Counted from the stretch's first letter, positions 49,133-61,397 are shown. The stretch is DNA of 64,000 nt from Perkinsela sp. CCAP 1560/9 (GCA_965644495.1 CBFFSA010000004.1:558001-622000); one strand, 5' to 3'. Made by a program: numbers and translations. Notes: generated by a model from the letters alone, not told the origin.

Positions 49133-52100
49133 AAAAAGCAAAAGAACAGGAAGTGGAAATGTTGCCAGACCCGAAAGATCCACGATTCGAAGGTTACAAA
49201 TGGGTCGGGAATGGGTACGTACACGACGTTTATGCTTTTGACATCTTTTCGGACACACCCGACACAACGTCGGCTCCAGCGCATGCTTTTTTTCCGAACA
49301 GTGAACCGCAAAATTTGCCGGAAGCACCACAAACGCCCAGCTCTGAACGTTGCTTCTTAGATTGTATCTCAACACCTCGGAACGCAAACAGTACTTTCTC
49401 AGACTCTAACTCAACGTCCGATCCACCTCGCGAGCCTCCAAGCCCTCCTCAATTTCTGCTCGAAAAATCAGACGACGAAAGATTGGTTGTCTTATCAGAG
49501 GAAATCGGAACATCAGAAAATCAAGAAACAAAATCCGACACCCCCGAGGTGAATGCATTACCCCGGCCACTCGCGCCCAACGTCGACGCCCGAGAAGCTG
49601 TGAGATTCGTTGAGCAAAGCTCACTCGTCGTGCGACCCGCCGACACTTCAGAAAACAAGGATGCAGACAGCATAATTTTCGTCGAGCATGCAGCATCTCA
49701 TGACATTTGCGAAGACTTGCTAAACAATATCAATTCGGATTCACATTTCCCTATACAAGCAGAGCAAATCTGGAAGCTTTCGTCACATTTAAAGAAAGGA
49801 TCCCTGTGCACGATTGCCTGGACGTTTAGCAATCAAAACAATATGAACATTTCGATGGGGAAAATCACGAGCGTGTACCGACGCAAAGGAACAGGAAGGC
49901 TCAACATGCAGTATAAAGGAATTACGGGACACAAGCTAGGAGAAGATTTTTCAGGGACAATACCACCACACGAAAGTGTCCGAATCTATAAGATAGTTTG
50001 GCATGCATCCGCTCCAACCTCGAACAAGATGGAAACGCACAATGAGCACGGCCAGGTGAAGCAAATCACAGAATCAGAAACCCCCATCCCAGCCGCACAG
50101 CCCATCTCTGATTGGACTCCTGATGATTTAGATCGCTCGCCGATACCGACCTCGCGAATAATCCAGGCGGAGCTAATTCCAGCAGCAATAGCCACATATC
50201 GGGAACTTATGAGTGACTATGCGCGCAGCACGTATACTCAAAGACACAAAATTTGGCACGACGTTTTGTCCGCTATGAAGAGCTCTCTTGCTTCAATCAG
50301 GCAGGCTTCCAATCGCAGAAGACGCCGTCGACCCTTTCCAAGTGATGAAAATAACAATAGTGCTAACAATGGGGAAAATAAAACAGAGGACAGTGCAACC
50401 CTGTTGGCCTCCGATACGCGCGCGATCAAAAAAGCTACGAGGCTTGCCCTGGAAGGCTGCTCACGCAGGGCAGCGAAAGTGATGGATCAAACTTATACGC
50501 CAAACCCTTTATCGGATCAAGAGACACTTCAAAAGCTCAATGACCTTCATCCGCAAAACCCGTATCATATAAACCTCCCTGAGGACGCACCGCTGCTGAC
50601 AGCGCTAGGGCCTGATGAATTAAAAGCGGCGAGCCAGAAATTGGCTAAGGGTGCTAGCCCGGGGCCCACAGGAACAACCGACGGATTGGTAAGGCTGTTG
50701 ATCGACGACCCGGTGTGTAGCATGAGCTTATGCCATATGATGATGGATCTCATTAACGGATTCCTCCCTAAAGAAGTGATGCGTCGTCTCACCTGCGCCA
50801 GGCTGGTCGCGCTCCACAAACCGAATGGTGGAATAAGACCTGTCGCCATTGGGGAAGTGTTGATGAAATTAGCGGGATGCATTCTCGTACAAAGATACGA
50901 GAACATTCTAGAGCCACTGTTCGCGCCATTACAGCATGGAGTACTATCGAAGGCAGGGTGCGAACGGGTAGTACACACACTAAATGATCTGTATCTTGCT
51001 GGCTCAAACATTGTATCCATTGACGTCAAAAACGCATTCAATTCCCCTTCGCGCACGAAGATAGCCAAAGCAGTTTTTGGGTTAGCCACTTTAAAACCTT
51101 TTCATCGCTTCTTCTATGCAGAGTACTCGGAGGCGTCGGAGCTGTGTTATCTTCCTATCAACTCTTAAGCAAAGCTTTTGTACGCCTAAAAGAACTGCTG
51201 GCAGCGGAAGATCTCCTTGTATCAACTGAGAAGTGCGTCTGGTTCAGCGGGGTAAACAAGGAGCCTTTACCTGATGACATCAGGGATGCAGGGGTGAGAA
51301 ATGAAGAAGATGCACTGAAAACACTCGGAGCTTTTATAGGAGATGATGATAAAGTTAGTGAGAAACTTTTAAGTACATTCAAAAAGCACGATGCAATTTT
51401 CAGGAGACTCAAGCTCATGGGAGCAAACAACGTGTCAACCCAATTGCTGTCAAAATGTGTAAACGTACGGCAAACTTATCACATGCGTGTACATAACCCA
51501 ACTGCGACTGAGGCATTAACGTTCAATTTTGACAATGCCATTGCGGAAGTTCTCACTTCGTGGTTTGGAAAGCTATCCGACGACCAGATTTCGCTACTTA
51601 GACTACCTGTAAAGAAAGGAGGCCTGGGTCTGACTGCGTGTCTACCTACCCGCAAAGCGGCATATGAATCTTCGAAATTCACAGTTCTTGAACGCCCAAA
51701 AACCAATTCAGTTCGGACTGGGGAATTCCAAGAAGCGAATGCCAACATGCATAAGGACGTACCAGTAGACGAATCAACGCAGGCGGCAGAGATACACGCG
51801 AAAACTTGGGTGCAACTCACGGAGTCGGAATCTCCCATGGCATCTATATTGCAAGCAACGACGCATAAAGGAAACTACGCATGGATCATGTCAAGCGCAC
51901 GGTTTGTGCCATCTCATCTATTCACTCTGGCACTTTTACCTAGGCTAGGTCTAACTCATCCGGAACTTCCACCCCGAATGTTATGCCCAGGATGCAAAGT
52001 TCTACTAACATCCGGTTCCATTCTGACGCACATAGCAGGCTGCACAAAATGCTCAGGGCTCAACGCAACCGTGAAACATAGCACGCTAGTGAATTTCCTC

Positions 52101-52631
52101 TATGAGTTAAGCTTGAAAGCTGGCATTCCTTGTGAGAAGGAACCGCGCCTATATTCAACGTATCGGTGCACGCAATGCAATGAAGTAGTCGGGCCGGAAT
52201 ACAGGCAGACACATAGTAAAGTGTGCGGAGGGAAATCTTTTCGCCGCTCTGGACCAGATCTCGTAATTTACTGGAATGATGGAGAAATATATTACGATTT
52301 CACCGTGGTACATGAATTAGCGCCTTCAAATTTGGGAACGAAATGCAATAAGCTATTCCGGGACGCCATCAAACGAAAACACGATACTTATGTCGCAACA
52401 AATAAAATCGCGAAAGAAAAATTCAGATGTATTCCCATCCTCTCTGGTGGATCCCTCCATTTCAATACGAAGTCGCTGTTAATGGCCCTCGCAGATGCGG
52501 GCAGCGTACCTCGACAGCAGCTTCAGCTTGAGCTACAACTTTTGCTACAGGAGCAAAATGGTGCCATACTATATTCACAACTTCGGAATTACCTTGAGAA
52601 GGACAAGAGGGCGCTCCAGTTCGCTATATAA
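49132..52631 (+). pseudogene. N2 RT-RLE ORF with an internal deletion/frameshift at ~51145 removing the QG..SP and YxDD motifs
   Basis: YSEASEL jumps to SSYQLLSKAF; compare 6915..10679. Confidence 0.85.
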
Positions 52632-52780
52632 AGAGTTTCTAAAGAGGGGCAGAGCTTCTAAAGCCTGCAGTCAGGATAGATTTTTCAGAACTTTAACAGT
52701 TCACGTTTTGAAATTTAGCCGAGGGGCGGCTATATATTTGCCTGCTGGCCCTTCGGGGCACATAATTTTCTCAAATTATA

Positions 52781-53865
52781 GACGGCCACGCGTGCGTGGC
52801 ACTACTCCTCCTCCCCGCCCTCTCTCCCCGTTACGTCTAAGGCGCAGAAGCTTCTCCCTCCCAATCCGTCCTCTACCCCGGCTTCCCGTTCCCGTTTACA
52901 CCGCCGCCAAGACCGCCGCCGCCAAAACCGCCGCCGTCGTAACCGCCGACGCCGCACAGCCTCCAGGAGGACGCCGCCAGGAGCTGCTGAGGGCGATTCT
53001 TCGAATGCCCCCCGAGGACCCGCGCGCCACCCAGATGAACGAGGCGCTCAGACCCATGTGGGCGACGGCCACGTGGGCCACAAGGGAGCGATTGTGGTTC
53101 CGCCTGCGCGAGTATTGCCAGGCGAAGGGAATCACCGCGAATCCTGCAAACGCGGTGCTCTTCCTAGAGACTCTGCCTCTCGCTACCTCAACGCGCATGG
53201 GGTACGCAGGGGCATTGAGGACTCTGTTCGAGCTCATGGGAATCGAAGGTACCCCATTGAGTCTCTACGTAAAGGCCCTGCAAGCGCAGGGGGGGCTAGA
53301 ACCCACGCGGCAGATGCTTCCAATCACGCCACTTCTTCTAAAGAAGCTGAGACGTCATCTCGACGTAAAGGAGAGCATGTGTTGCCTCCTGTGTTGGAAA
53401 GCCGCTGCGAGATGGACCGAGACCGCCGACCTGAGGCGGGAGCAGTTCGTGAGTGTGGCCAGTCACGAGGTAATCATTTATTGGGGCAGGGGGACAAAGA
53501 CAACCCGTCTGAATCCTTACTGGCCGTACCTCTACGCGATAGTGACTGGCCCGGGGACACCCGAACTGGCTCAGTTTGTGGGAAGTTTGAGACCAGGCCA
53601 GCGCCTGTGTTACACGACGGTCCGGGAGATGGACCACAGGATGAATCAACTTCTCGGTCCCGGGTATGGAACACATTCCATAAAAAGAGGTGCAATTACT
53701 TACCTATTCCACGAGATCTCCCTCGGGAATCTCAGGATGGAGGACGTCCAGAACCTCACGAAACACCTCAACGTCGAATCACTGTTGCGCTACAACGCAA
53801 GCAGTATTACAACGGCAAGGGCTCTCGGGACGCAGAGAGTCTCAGCACGTCTCCCAGTGCTGTAA
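52781..53865 (+). CDS. Tyrosine recombinase (N-terminally clipped)
   Basis: Catalytic motifs identical to copy 1. Confidence 0.85.
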
Positions 53866-55571
53866 CCTCGGAGCACGTGGCAAAGTGCTTCGAGGAAGTG
53901 CCTTACCTTCGCAGGCACTCCGTTGTTTGTGCACGCCGCTCTTCACGGCTAGCCAAGGCACACGACGCTCACCTACCTTTGCACGTTAAGAAGTCGATAC
54001 CTGTTATCCATTTGGATCAGGTTAAGGAGTGGATGAGTATGTCAGCTGCCACTCGTTTTCGCAAGGTAGTGGATGAATTATTATGGGTACCTAAAGCCCC
54101 GTACCCCGAACCTAGTGTGAAAGGTTCATTGCCTGAGGCGGACGTCCGATTGTTGGAGGACGCAGGCATAATCTCCAAGGTCCCGGCGCAGGAGTTGAGA
54201 AAGCGCCCATCGATGCAGTTCATGATTCCCTTCACGGTTGTGGAGGCCGATGATCAGGGCAATCAGCGCAGAAGGTTTATTTCGTGGACAAGGGACGATA
54301 ACGATAGATTAAAATCATATGAACCAAAGGTCCCATTATATCATCCCTCCAAGTATCTTCATAAGGCGCACGAGCCGATGGCTGTGAAGCGGGACTTCAC
54401 ATGCGGGTTTTACCAGATTGGTATCCCGAAGAGGGCGCGGCCCAAATTCCGCCTTAGAACGAACAGTGGAGACGTGTATGAGATGAACGTCCTCCCGATG
54501 GGCCATAGGTGTGCACCGGAGGTTATGCACACGGTTACCGCCGCGATTGCTGGCGAGGCGTCGATTTGTTCTCAGCGCTACTCGTTTCACCGAGGCGCTA
54601 TCGACGTTTATGTTGACGGAGTTCGGTTTGCAGGAACCCACTCCGAGGCCACCACGTACGCTCAGTTCATTGACGAGCGTTGCGACAAGGCGAACGGTCT
54701 TTTCAAAGATCGGGGTCAGCCCCCTGTAGCACAGTACGTGTTCAATGGGGTGGCATTCGACCATAACGCGCATACGGTCTGCCTGGGACCGCGAGTGATC
54801 AGGAAACTGCGAGCCGACTCTTTCTTCAACATTTCCTTTGTTGACCTAGAGGCGGTGGTGGGGCGCCTCATTTATGGCTCCGCAGTTCTCCGACTCAATA
54901 TGCCGCGATTTTATTTCGCTTTGAAGGTGGCGCAACGGCGTATCAACTTGTTGAACCGTTGCCCGAAGTTATGTGACCGTCCGGTCGCACTCCCTGTCGT
55001 CACTCGCTCCATGCTAGCAGAGTGGAGAAACGAGTTGTTGGAGAATGTTCCACGGTCTCCACCTCCCCATCCCGATGTTGTTCCACACAAGCATCGTCTC
55101 TACACCGATGCCTCGGTGAAAGGATGGGGAGCGATTATGTATTTAGACAGCGGAGAGGTTTTGATTACGGGTGAGGCGTGGCCTGAGTCATCCTCGTATG
55201 AGGTGAACCGTGTGGAAGCTGCAGCAGTCCGCTTAGCCCTCGAGAAGTTTTCCGCGCATTGCCCCCGTGGAACCTGCTTGGATGTTTTTGTTGACAACAC
55301 CTCCTGTCAGGTCGCACTGAACAGGAGGATCTCCAAGTCAGAGGGGGTTTCAATGGAATTGCGCGAAGTCCTGCGACTGACAGAGGACAAAGGTATTTGT
55401 GTCAAGGCAGCGTACATATCCACGGATGAGAACCCGGCGGATGCTGTCAGTCGCGGGAAGGAGATTGAGAGAGAGAAGGTTGAGAAATATAAAGGCAACA
55501 TCGACAAATACAGCGATAATCAGCATCATCATATTGGTAAGCTAGACAGTCATATTGAAGGAAAACCCTAG
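53058..55571 (+). CDS. RT/RNase H frame of YR copy 3
   Basis: DVYVDG, YTDAS and NPADAVSR; the frame is open. Confidence 0.88.
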   Translation: MGDGHVGHKGAIVVPPARVLPGEGNHRESCKRGALPRDSASRYLNAHGVRRGIEDSVRAHGNRRYPIESLRKGPASAGGARTHAADASNHATSSKEAETSSRRKGEHVLPPVLESRCEMDRDRRPEAGAVRECGQSRGNHLLGQGDKDNPSESLLAVPLRDSDWPGDTRTGSVCGKFETRPAPVLHDGPGDGPQDESTSRSRVWNTFHKKRCNYLPIPRDLPRESQDGGRPEPHETPQRRITVALQRKQYYNGKGSRDAESLSTSPSAVTSEHVAKCFEEVPYLRRHSVVCARRSSRLAKAHDAHLPLHVKKSIPVIHLDQVKEWMSMSAATRFRKVVDELLWVPKAPYPEPSVKGSLPEADVRLLEDAGIISKVPAQELRKRPSMQFMIPFTVVEADDQGNQRRRFISWTRDDNDRLKSYEPKVPLYHPSKYLHKAHEPMAVKRDFTCGFYQIGIPKRARPKFRLRTNSGDVYEMNVLPMGHRCAPEVMHTVTAAIAGEASICSQRYSFHRGAIDVYVDGVRFAGTHSEATTYAQFIDERCDKANGLFKDRGQPPVAQYVFNGVAFDHNAHTVCLGPRVIRKLRADSFFNISFVDLEAVVGRLIYGSAVLRLNMPRFYFALKVAQRRINLLNRCPKLCDRPVALPVVTRSMLAEWRNELLENVPRSPPPHPDVVPHKHRLYTDASVKGWGAIMYLDSGEVLITGEAWPESSSYEVNRVEAAAVRLALEKFSAHCPRGTCLDVFVDNTSCQVALNRRISKSEGVSMELREVLRLTEDKGICVKAAYISTDENPADAVSRGKEIEREKVEKYKGNIDKYSDNQHHHIGKLDSHIEGKP

Positions 55572-56138
55572 GGGACAGGATCACCAAATACAAAAAAAAA
55601 AGACAAGAAAAAAAGAAAAAAAAACAAAGACAAGAAAAAAAGAAAAAAAACAAAGACAAGAAAAAAAGAAAAAAAACAAAGACAAAAAAAAAAAAAAAAA
55701 AAAAGAGAGCGGACGGGGTCCTAGGGTTTGGAGGTTGTCCCTATAATTTTGGAAGGTTATGGATGTTAATCGGTTGACAAACTTTATCCTCACGCCTTGG
55801 TTTTTGAAAACAAGGTTCCCCAATGTGAGATAAAGGTGAGTAAAGTTTTCTTTACTCTGCGATTAGCGCCTTAATGTTTTTAACCGCGTCACTGTTGACA
55901 CGGCCGTACACCACGTCTATTTGCTCCACACTTCTAGGTCCCAAGTTGGTGCATGGGCAGAGGTTGAAAGCGTAACCTGTGTAGCTCGTGTGAGCTTGTA
56001 AAGGGCGTGGTAATGGACTGGTCATCTATTGCTATCGTTATCCTTTTGTGAGCTCTGCATATTTTGATATTTTCTATCTATTAATATTTGACTACGTGAT
56101 TGGGCATTTTGCGTTTATTGTGACGTGTGTGTGGGCAG

Positions 56139-59100
56139 GTTGGCCGAGGGTTCCGGTGGGGGGGAACCCGGTTAACAGAGTGACATTGATTGTGTTGTTT
56201 TATGCAGGCTTGTTTCTTTTCCATCTTTGTGCGTGTGAAATGAATGAATGATATGTTGTGTCATTTTGAATTACGATTGAGCTATTCATAGTTGTTCATT
56301 TATTCATATATGTTATCAGTGTATATGTTTCCAGGGAGCCCCTCGGCGTGGATTTCGAGATAGTAATTGGCGCATTTACAATCAATAACCTTACGCGACA
56401 ATTCGACTCCAGGGTATCAGATACGCTACAGACGTGGTTTGGAGAACTCACAGCAGAACAACTTTCTTGGGCACGCCTTCCCCTCAAAAAAGGCGGGCTT
56501 GGACTTACTCCCTCAGAACCTCTTCGAGAGGCAGCCTACACTCGTTCGAAACTTGCAGCAACGGAGCGACCATCTCGCCTTTCAGCTCCCGCCGCTCGTT
56601 TAGGCGTAGTGCAGAGCCAACCTCAACTCAGCCAGCACGCCCCTACGGAGGAAGAAGAAGTCACCGAGGAACTCTACCACAACGACATACGGGACAAATT
56701 AATGACAGACAAAACGCAAGCCCACATAATACGAGCAGCTAGCTCCAAAGGTAACTATTCATGGCTCACCTCAAATTCTAGACTTGTACCTACGCGACTT
56801 TTCAAGTTAGCAGTTATGCCACGCATTGGGATTGCACATCCGAGCCTCCCCTCCAATTTACAGTGTCCAGGGTGCCATGCATTACTTACCCCCCGTACAG
56901 CGCTCACGCACGTGTCCGGGTGCGTCAAATGTTCAGGCAATAACGCAACGGCAAAGCACAACAGGATGGTTCGGAATATTTATGAATTATGCATAAAATC
57001 AGGTCTGCCCTGTGAGCTGGAACCCAGACAGTTCTCCACCTATACCTGCGCAAAATGTGGAGCAAGCGTGGATGGCGACGGCAAATCCCATCACCTAAGA
57101 ACCTGCGGATCCGGATCTTTTTATCATTCGGGCCCAGATATCGTGATTCATTGGGCAAGCGGAGATGTATACTACGATTTCACCATCGTCCACGAGCTAT
57201 CGCAATCAAATGTTGGACGTAGCACCGCTCAGCTTTTCCGTGATGCCATAAAACGCAAAGTCTCCAAATACGTGGCGTCTAAGCTTATTCCTAATGAGCA
57301 ATTCCAATGTGTACCAATGCTCTCCGGCGGTGCAATGCACAGCAACACCAAAGCTCTTATCACAACCCTGGCTGATGCATGTGGACTCGAACGGGACTTC
57401 GTAGTACAGGATTTCACCCTTCGACTACAGGAACTTAACGGTTCAGTGGTGATGTCCCAACTCCGCAAATACATAGCCACAACTCAAGTGGACAATACGG
57501 CTTTTTAGGCACGTGCGAGTTTTTCGGTAGGCGTTGACTATTGATATAAGAGTTGAAGTTTAGACGACTGAAAGTCTATAAAAAAAAATTGATTTTATTT
57601 TGAATTGTAACATTCAAGGTCATAATATTCAGATCCCTGTTCCTAACAACGTTCCATCCCGTGACGAAATAGCAAAAGCAGTCTTTGGTTTCGCCACAAT
57701 GAAGCCCTTTCAAAGAGTGTTTGCGGCGCAATAGTTGTTCATTTATTCATATATGTTATCAGTGTATATGTTTCCAGGGAGCCCCTCGGCGTGGATTTCT
57801 AATAGTTCACGTTTTGAAATTTAGCCGAGGGGCGGCTATATATTTGCCTGCTGGCCCTTCGGGGCACATAATTTTCTCAAATTATGATGTAGTATTCTCT
57901 AATTGCATGGAGGGGGGTGTTTACTCGTTTGTTATATTCTTGTTAGGTTGTTATTTTGTTACGTTTAAAGTTTTGTGCCCACCCACCGAGCCCCCAGCCA
58001 TTTGGCCGAGGGTTCCGGTGGGGGGGAACCCCGTTAACAGAGTGACATTGATTGTGTTGTTTTATGCAGGCTTGTTTCTTTTCCATCTTTGTGCGTGTGA
58101 AATGAATGAATGATATGTTGTGTCATTTTGAATTACGATTGAGCTATTCATAGTTGTTCATTTATTCATATATGTTATCAGTGTATATGTTTCCAGGGAG
58201 CCCCTCGGCGTGGATTTCGAGATAGTAATTGGCGCATTTACAATCAATAACCTTACGCGACAATTCGACTCCAGGGTATCAGATACGCTACAGACGTGGT
58301 TTGGAGAACTCACAGCAGAACAACTTTCTTGGGCACGCCTTCCCCTCAAAAAAGGCGGGCTTGGACTTACTCCCCCAGAACCTCTTCGAGAGGCAGCCTA
58401 CACTCGTTCGAAACTTGCAGCAACGGAGCGACCATCTCGCCTTTCAGCTCCCGCCGCTCGTTTAGGCGTAGTGCAGAGCCAACCTCAACTCAGCCAGCAC
58501 GCCCCTACGGAGGAAGAAGAAGTCACCGAGGAACTCTACCACAACGACATACGGGACAAATTAATGACAGACAAAACGCAAGCCCACATAATACGAGCAG
58601 CTAGCTCCAAAGGTAACTATTCATGGCTCACCTCAAATTCTAGACTTGTACCTACGCGACTTTTCAAGTTAGCAGTTATGCCACGCATTGGGATTGCACA
58701 TCCGAGCCTCCCCTCCAATTTACAGTGTCCAGGGTGCCATGCATTACTTACCCCCCGTACAGCGCTCACGCACGTGTCCGGGTGCGTCAAATGTTCAGGC
58801 AATAACGCAACGGCAAAGCACAACAGGATGGTTCGGAATATTTATGAATTATGCATAAAATCAGGTCTGCCCTGTGAGCTGGAACCCAGACAGTTCTCCA
58901 CCTATACTTGCGCAAAATGTGGAGCAAGCGTGGATGGCGACGGCAAATCCCATCACCTAAGAACCTGCGGATCCGGATCTTTTTATCATTCGGGCCCAGA
59001 TATCGTGATTCATTGGGCAAGCGGAGATGTATACTACGATTTCACCATCGTCCACGAGCTATCGCAATCAAATGTTGGACGTAGCACCGCTCAGCTTTTC

Positions 59101-59441
59101 CGTGATGCCATAAAACGCAAAGTCTCCAAATACGTGGCGTCTAAGCTTATTCCTAATGAGCAATTCCAATGTGTACCAATGCTCTCCGGCGGTGCAATGC
59201 ACAGCAACACCAAAGCTCTTATCACAACCCTGGCTGATGCATGTGGACTGGAACGGGACTTCGTAGTACAGGATTTCACCCTTCGACTACAGGAACTTAA
59301 CGGTTCAGTGGTGATGTCCCAACTCCGCAAATACATAGCCACAACTCAAGTGGACAATACGGCTTTTTAGGCACGTGCGAGTTTTTCGGTAGGCGTTGAC
59401 TATTGATATAAGAGTTGAAGTTTAGACGACTGAAAGTCTAT
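56139..59441 (+). repeat. 1862-bp-period duplication of B repeat + N2 tail + N1 RLE segment (ORFs 56348..57508 and 58210..59370)
   Basis: Two near-identical 386-aa ORFs 1862 bp apart, separated by A9, a short RT fragment (PSRDEIAKAVFGF) and b-A-B. Confidence 0.9.
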
Positions 59442-59536
59442 GAAAAGAAACTGAGATGAATGTTCACAGACAGTGACACTAACAAAAGAAAGGGTCTTAA
59501 CAAAAGAAAGGGTCTTAACAAAAAAAAAAAAAGTCA

Positions 59537-59813
59537 CGGCGTGTAACGCCGTTATCCGTATCCCCCTTCCCGTGCAAAAGGCTGACAGGCGCTCCCATAT
59601 TCGTGCCCGTGCCCGCCACGTCGAAACGCTCCATATTGCCCCCATTGCATCGAGAGCCATCCTTATTTCGGGACTCATTATTGTCACACCCAGCAATAAC
59701 TTCATCAATTTCTGCCTTTCCGGCACCTTCTGCTCCAAACTTAGCGTCCCGCCGTATAAAGTCCCAGATCTGAGATATCTTCCTCTTGAGTTCTTTGCAC
59801 TCACTACACCCAC
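59537..59813 (-). CDS. Tyrosine recombinase of YR family 2, N-terminal part
   Basis: AIWSVSTWRARARIWERLSAFC..GI aligns with PMWSTAAWATRERLWFRLREYC..GI of family 1 and joins ...LHAV|TFLASL. Confidence 0.85.
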
Positions 59814-59963
59814 GTGATTCTTCTATATCCTTCGTTTCTTCGTCACTTGCATAAATTGTATCCTTTTTCTTTTGAAAACTGTTACTGTACTGTTCACTTG
59901 CGTAAAAGGTTTGTGGTTTCGGTTGGTATTTATTGTAGTACTGGCCGTTCGGGTGGGAACGTT

Positions 59964-61079
59964 TCAGAAGTTTTTGCTGCCTTGTGCAGGGCCAGCCACC
60001 CTCGAACGAAAACCCTGCTGAAACCGTTTAGGACAATTTCTCCACATGTGGTCAGGGGAACGACAACCATAACACAATAAAGGAGCTCGCTGTTGAGGCA
60101 CAAAATTCTGGCGCGCATTTCCTTGAAAACTTGCCTTTGAGTGGAAGACCCCTGATCCGGAAAATCCCACTTGGCGGGCATACTGCTTCTGGCGATCAAC
60201 TAATTGCTCACTGACAAGATGGTAGAACTTATCATTCGGACGGACGTCTTTTTGCAATTTTTGATGCACGAGATCCACGTCAATGCGCCGGGCTCGCCAA
60301 TATGCATCGCGCATCGTCTGAATGATTGCTTTTCCCATTTCCAAGTAAACTCCCTGATCCCAACCTTGAGTCATCCGCGCAAAAAGAATCCACTTGCAAA
60401 AAACATTTTCAAAAAATCGTTCTTGTTGCTTCAGAAAAGTCCGGTCGGTGAAAAACTGGTTCACGCGAAGTCCAAATTCTGGTGCTTCTCGCAGTTCTCG
60501 CATCAAATCCCGTACGCGAAATCCCCCGTCATCAAAGGCGTTAATCCATGGGGTGAACGTAATCGGCTCGTAAGGATCCAGGCCGTTAGGGTCCAAATTG
60601 GCACTCGGCCCGAAAGAAATTCCAGTTTCCACAGTATCAGCATTAACAATAGCCTCGTTTGTCCCCCCACCATCCGGGAAATTCTGACTAGTACGTAATC
60701 CATTGGCGGTCGACCCTTGTTCTAGCCCCGTAGTCGCCGGAGGATCATCTATGATCGAAATGTCGTAATAGTACAAGTCGGCGTGCGGAAATGGATACTC
60801 TTTTGAGGGTTCATTATCCCAGACACCCCATAATTCAATCCCTTCTTTTCGAATCTTACCTTGCACAACTTGCATTGCCTCAGAAGAAGAGTCCTTGCGT
60901 CGAAATTTGGCCCTAACATTGACCCCCACCCTACTCAACAGTTTTTCTCGGGCAACAGTGCACACCAAACTCAGCTCCTGCTGCGACAACGGCTCGGTAG
61001 GCTCGGGCCGTTGCACTGCAGGAGACGAACTGCGCGATGACCGTAAATTTCGGGTAGAGTGAAGTTCGAGTTGTGTCAT
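59964..61079 (-). CDS. gag-like protein of YR family 2
   Basis: CYGCRSPDHMWRNC knuckle; PYEPITFTPWI and RELREAP are shared with the family 1 gag. Confidence 0.88.
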   Translation of the reverse strand: MTQLELHSTRNLRSSRSSSPAVQRPEPTEPLSQQELSLVCTVAREKLLSRVGVNVRAKFRRKDSSSEAMQVVQGKIRKEGIELWGVWDNEPSKEYPFPHADLYYYDISIIDDPPATTGLEQGSTANGLRTSQNFPDGGGTNEAIVNADTVETGISFGPSANLDPNGLDPYEPITFTPWINAFDDGGFRVRDLMRELREAPEFGLRVNQFFTDRTFLKQQERFFENVFCKWILFARMTQGWDQGVYLEMGKAIIQTMRDAYWRARRIDVDLVHQKLQKDVRPNDKFYHLVSEQLVDRQKQYARQVGFSGSGVFHSKASFQGNARQNFVPQQRAPLLCYGCRSPDHMWRNCPKRFQQGFRSRVAGPAQGSKNF

Positions 61080-61080
61080 C

Positions 61081-61276
61081 GCAACTTTCCTTTTGCGAGT
61101 GGAAAAAGATTATAAGTCACTAGAGTAAAATAATGTATAGTATAGTATGCTAAAATTATAATTACATGGTTCCCCCCGGAGGGGGCAAAATCAGGTACAT
61201 ATATGTATATGTGTCCCGTAGGGCCACGGTCAAAGAATAAATATTTTATTCAAGCAATTCTTTCCGTAAACTCTAA
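61081..61276 (-). repeat. A1 terminal repeat of YR family 2
   Basis: Matches 15911-16106 with one visible substitution. Confidence 0.92.
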
Positions 61277-61278
61277 TT

Positions 61279-61385
61279 CTATCGCTTGAAGGTACACAAT
61301 TGTGGGCCAAATGGACGACGAACCCAAGCCGGAAGTACCGGTTTCCCCATCGCGATATCTATTACTATGATCTTGTCTACTCGGT
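61279..61385 (+). pseudogene. gag relic of the third YR family, right half
   Basis: LSLEGTQLWAKWTTNPSRKYRFPHRDIYYYDLVY. Confidence 0.78.
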
Positions 61386-61397
61386 TGGGCGGGTATC

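Larger units (their letters stand above)
52694..56356 (+). mobile_element. YR family 1 variant, copy 3: gag deleted, no nested CRE, inserted in the N2 3'UTR
   Basis: Partial A (52694-52779) is joined to the YR N-terminal region. YR ends at 53865, RT/RH ends at 55571, and B spans 56139-56356. Confidence 0.88.
33820..56387 (+). mobile_element. CRE-B element N2 nested in N1 (ORF pieces 33845-34318, 42921-43541, 49132-52631)
   Basis: TSD ACCTTACG (33812-33819 / 56388-56395, repeated at 58250-58257). Pieces rejoin in frame: HTPR|MDEVE and ETTE|QKAKEQEV. Confidence 0.82.
18940..59528 (+). mobile_element. Full-length CRE-B element N1, fragmented by later insertions (ORF pieces 18970-19159, 22319-23759, 32370-33819, 58258-59370)
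   Basis: Starts TTGTTG + AT-rich leader + MGMLTRAKAK and ends with 18-bp repeats + poly-A. TSD AAAAGTCA (18932-18939 / 59529-59536). Pieces rejoin in frame: PSVA|QNPSP, IWHRTLS|AMKYSL, SLHLT|RQFDS. Confidence 0.85.
15684..61278 (-). mobile_element. YR retrotransposon family 2 (A1-gag-YR-RT/RH-B1-A2-B2), split by a 40.6-kb nested insertion at 18940-59528
   Basis: A1 (61081-61276) matches A2 (15911-16106). B repeats lie at 16107-16310 and 15684-15886. AATT is at both host junctions. The YR ORF rejoins across the TSD AAAAGTCA. Confidence 0.9.

Noticed and set aside
49088-49387. First 100 aa of track ORF 46208..49387
   Set aside because: Lies upstream of the element ATG and mostly beyond the SL junction, in antisense N2 sequence; a chance extension.
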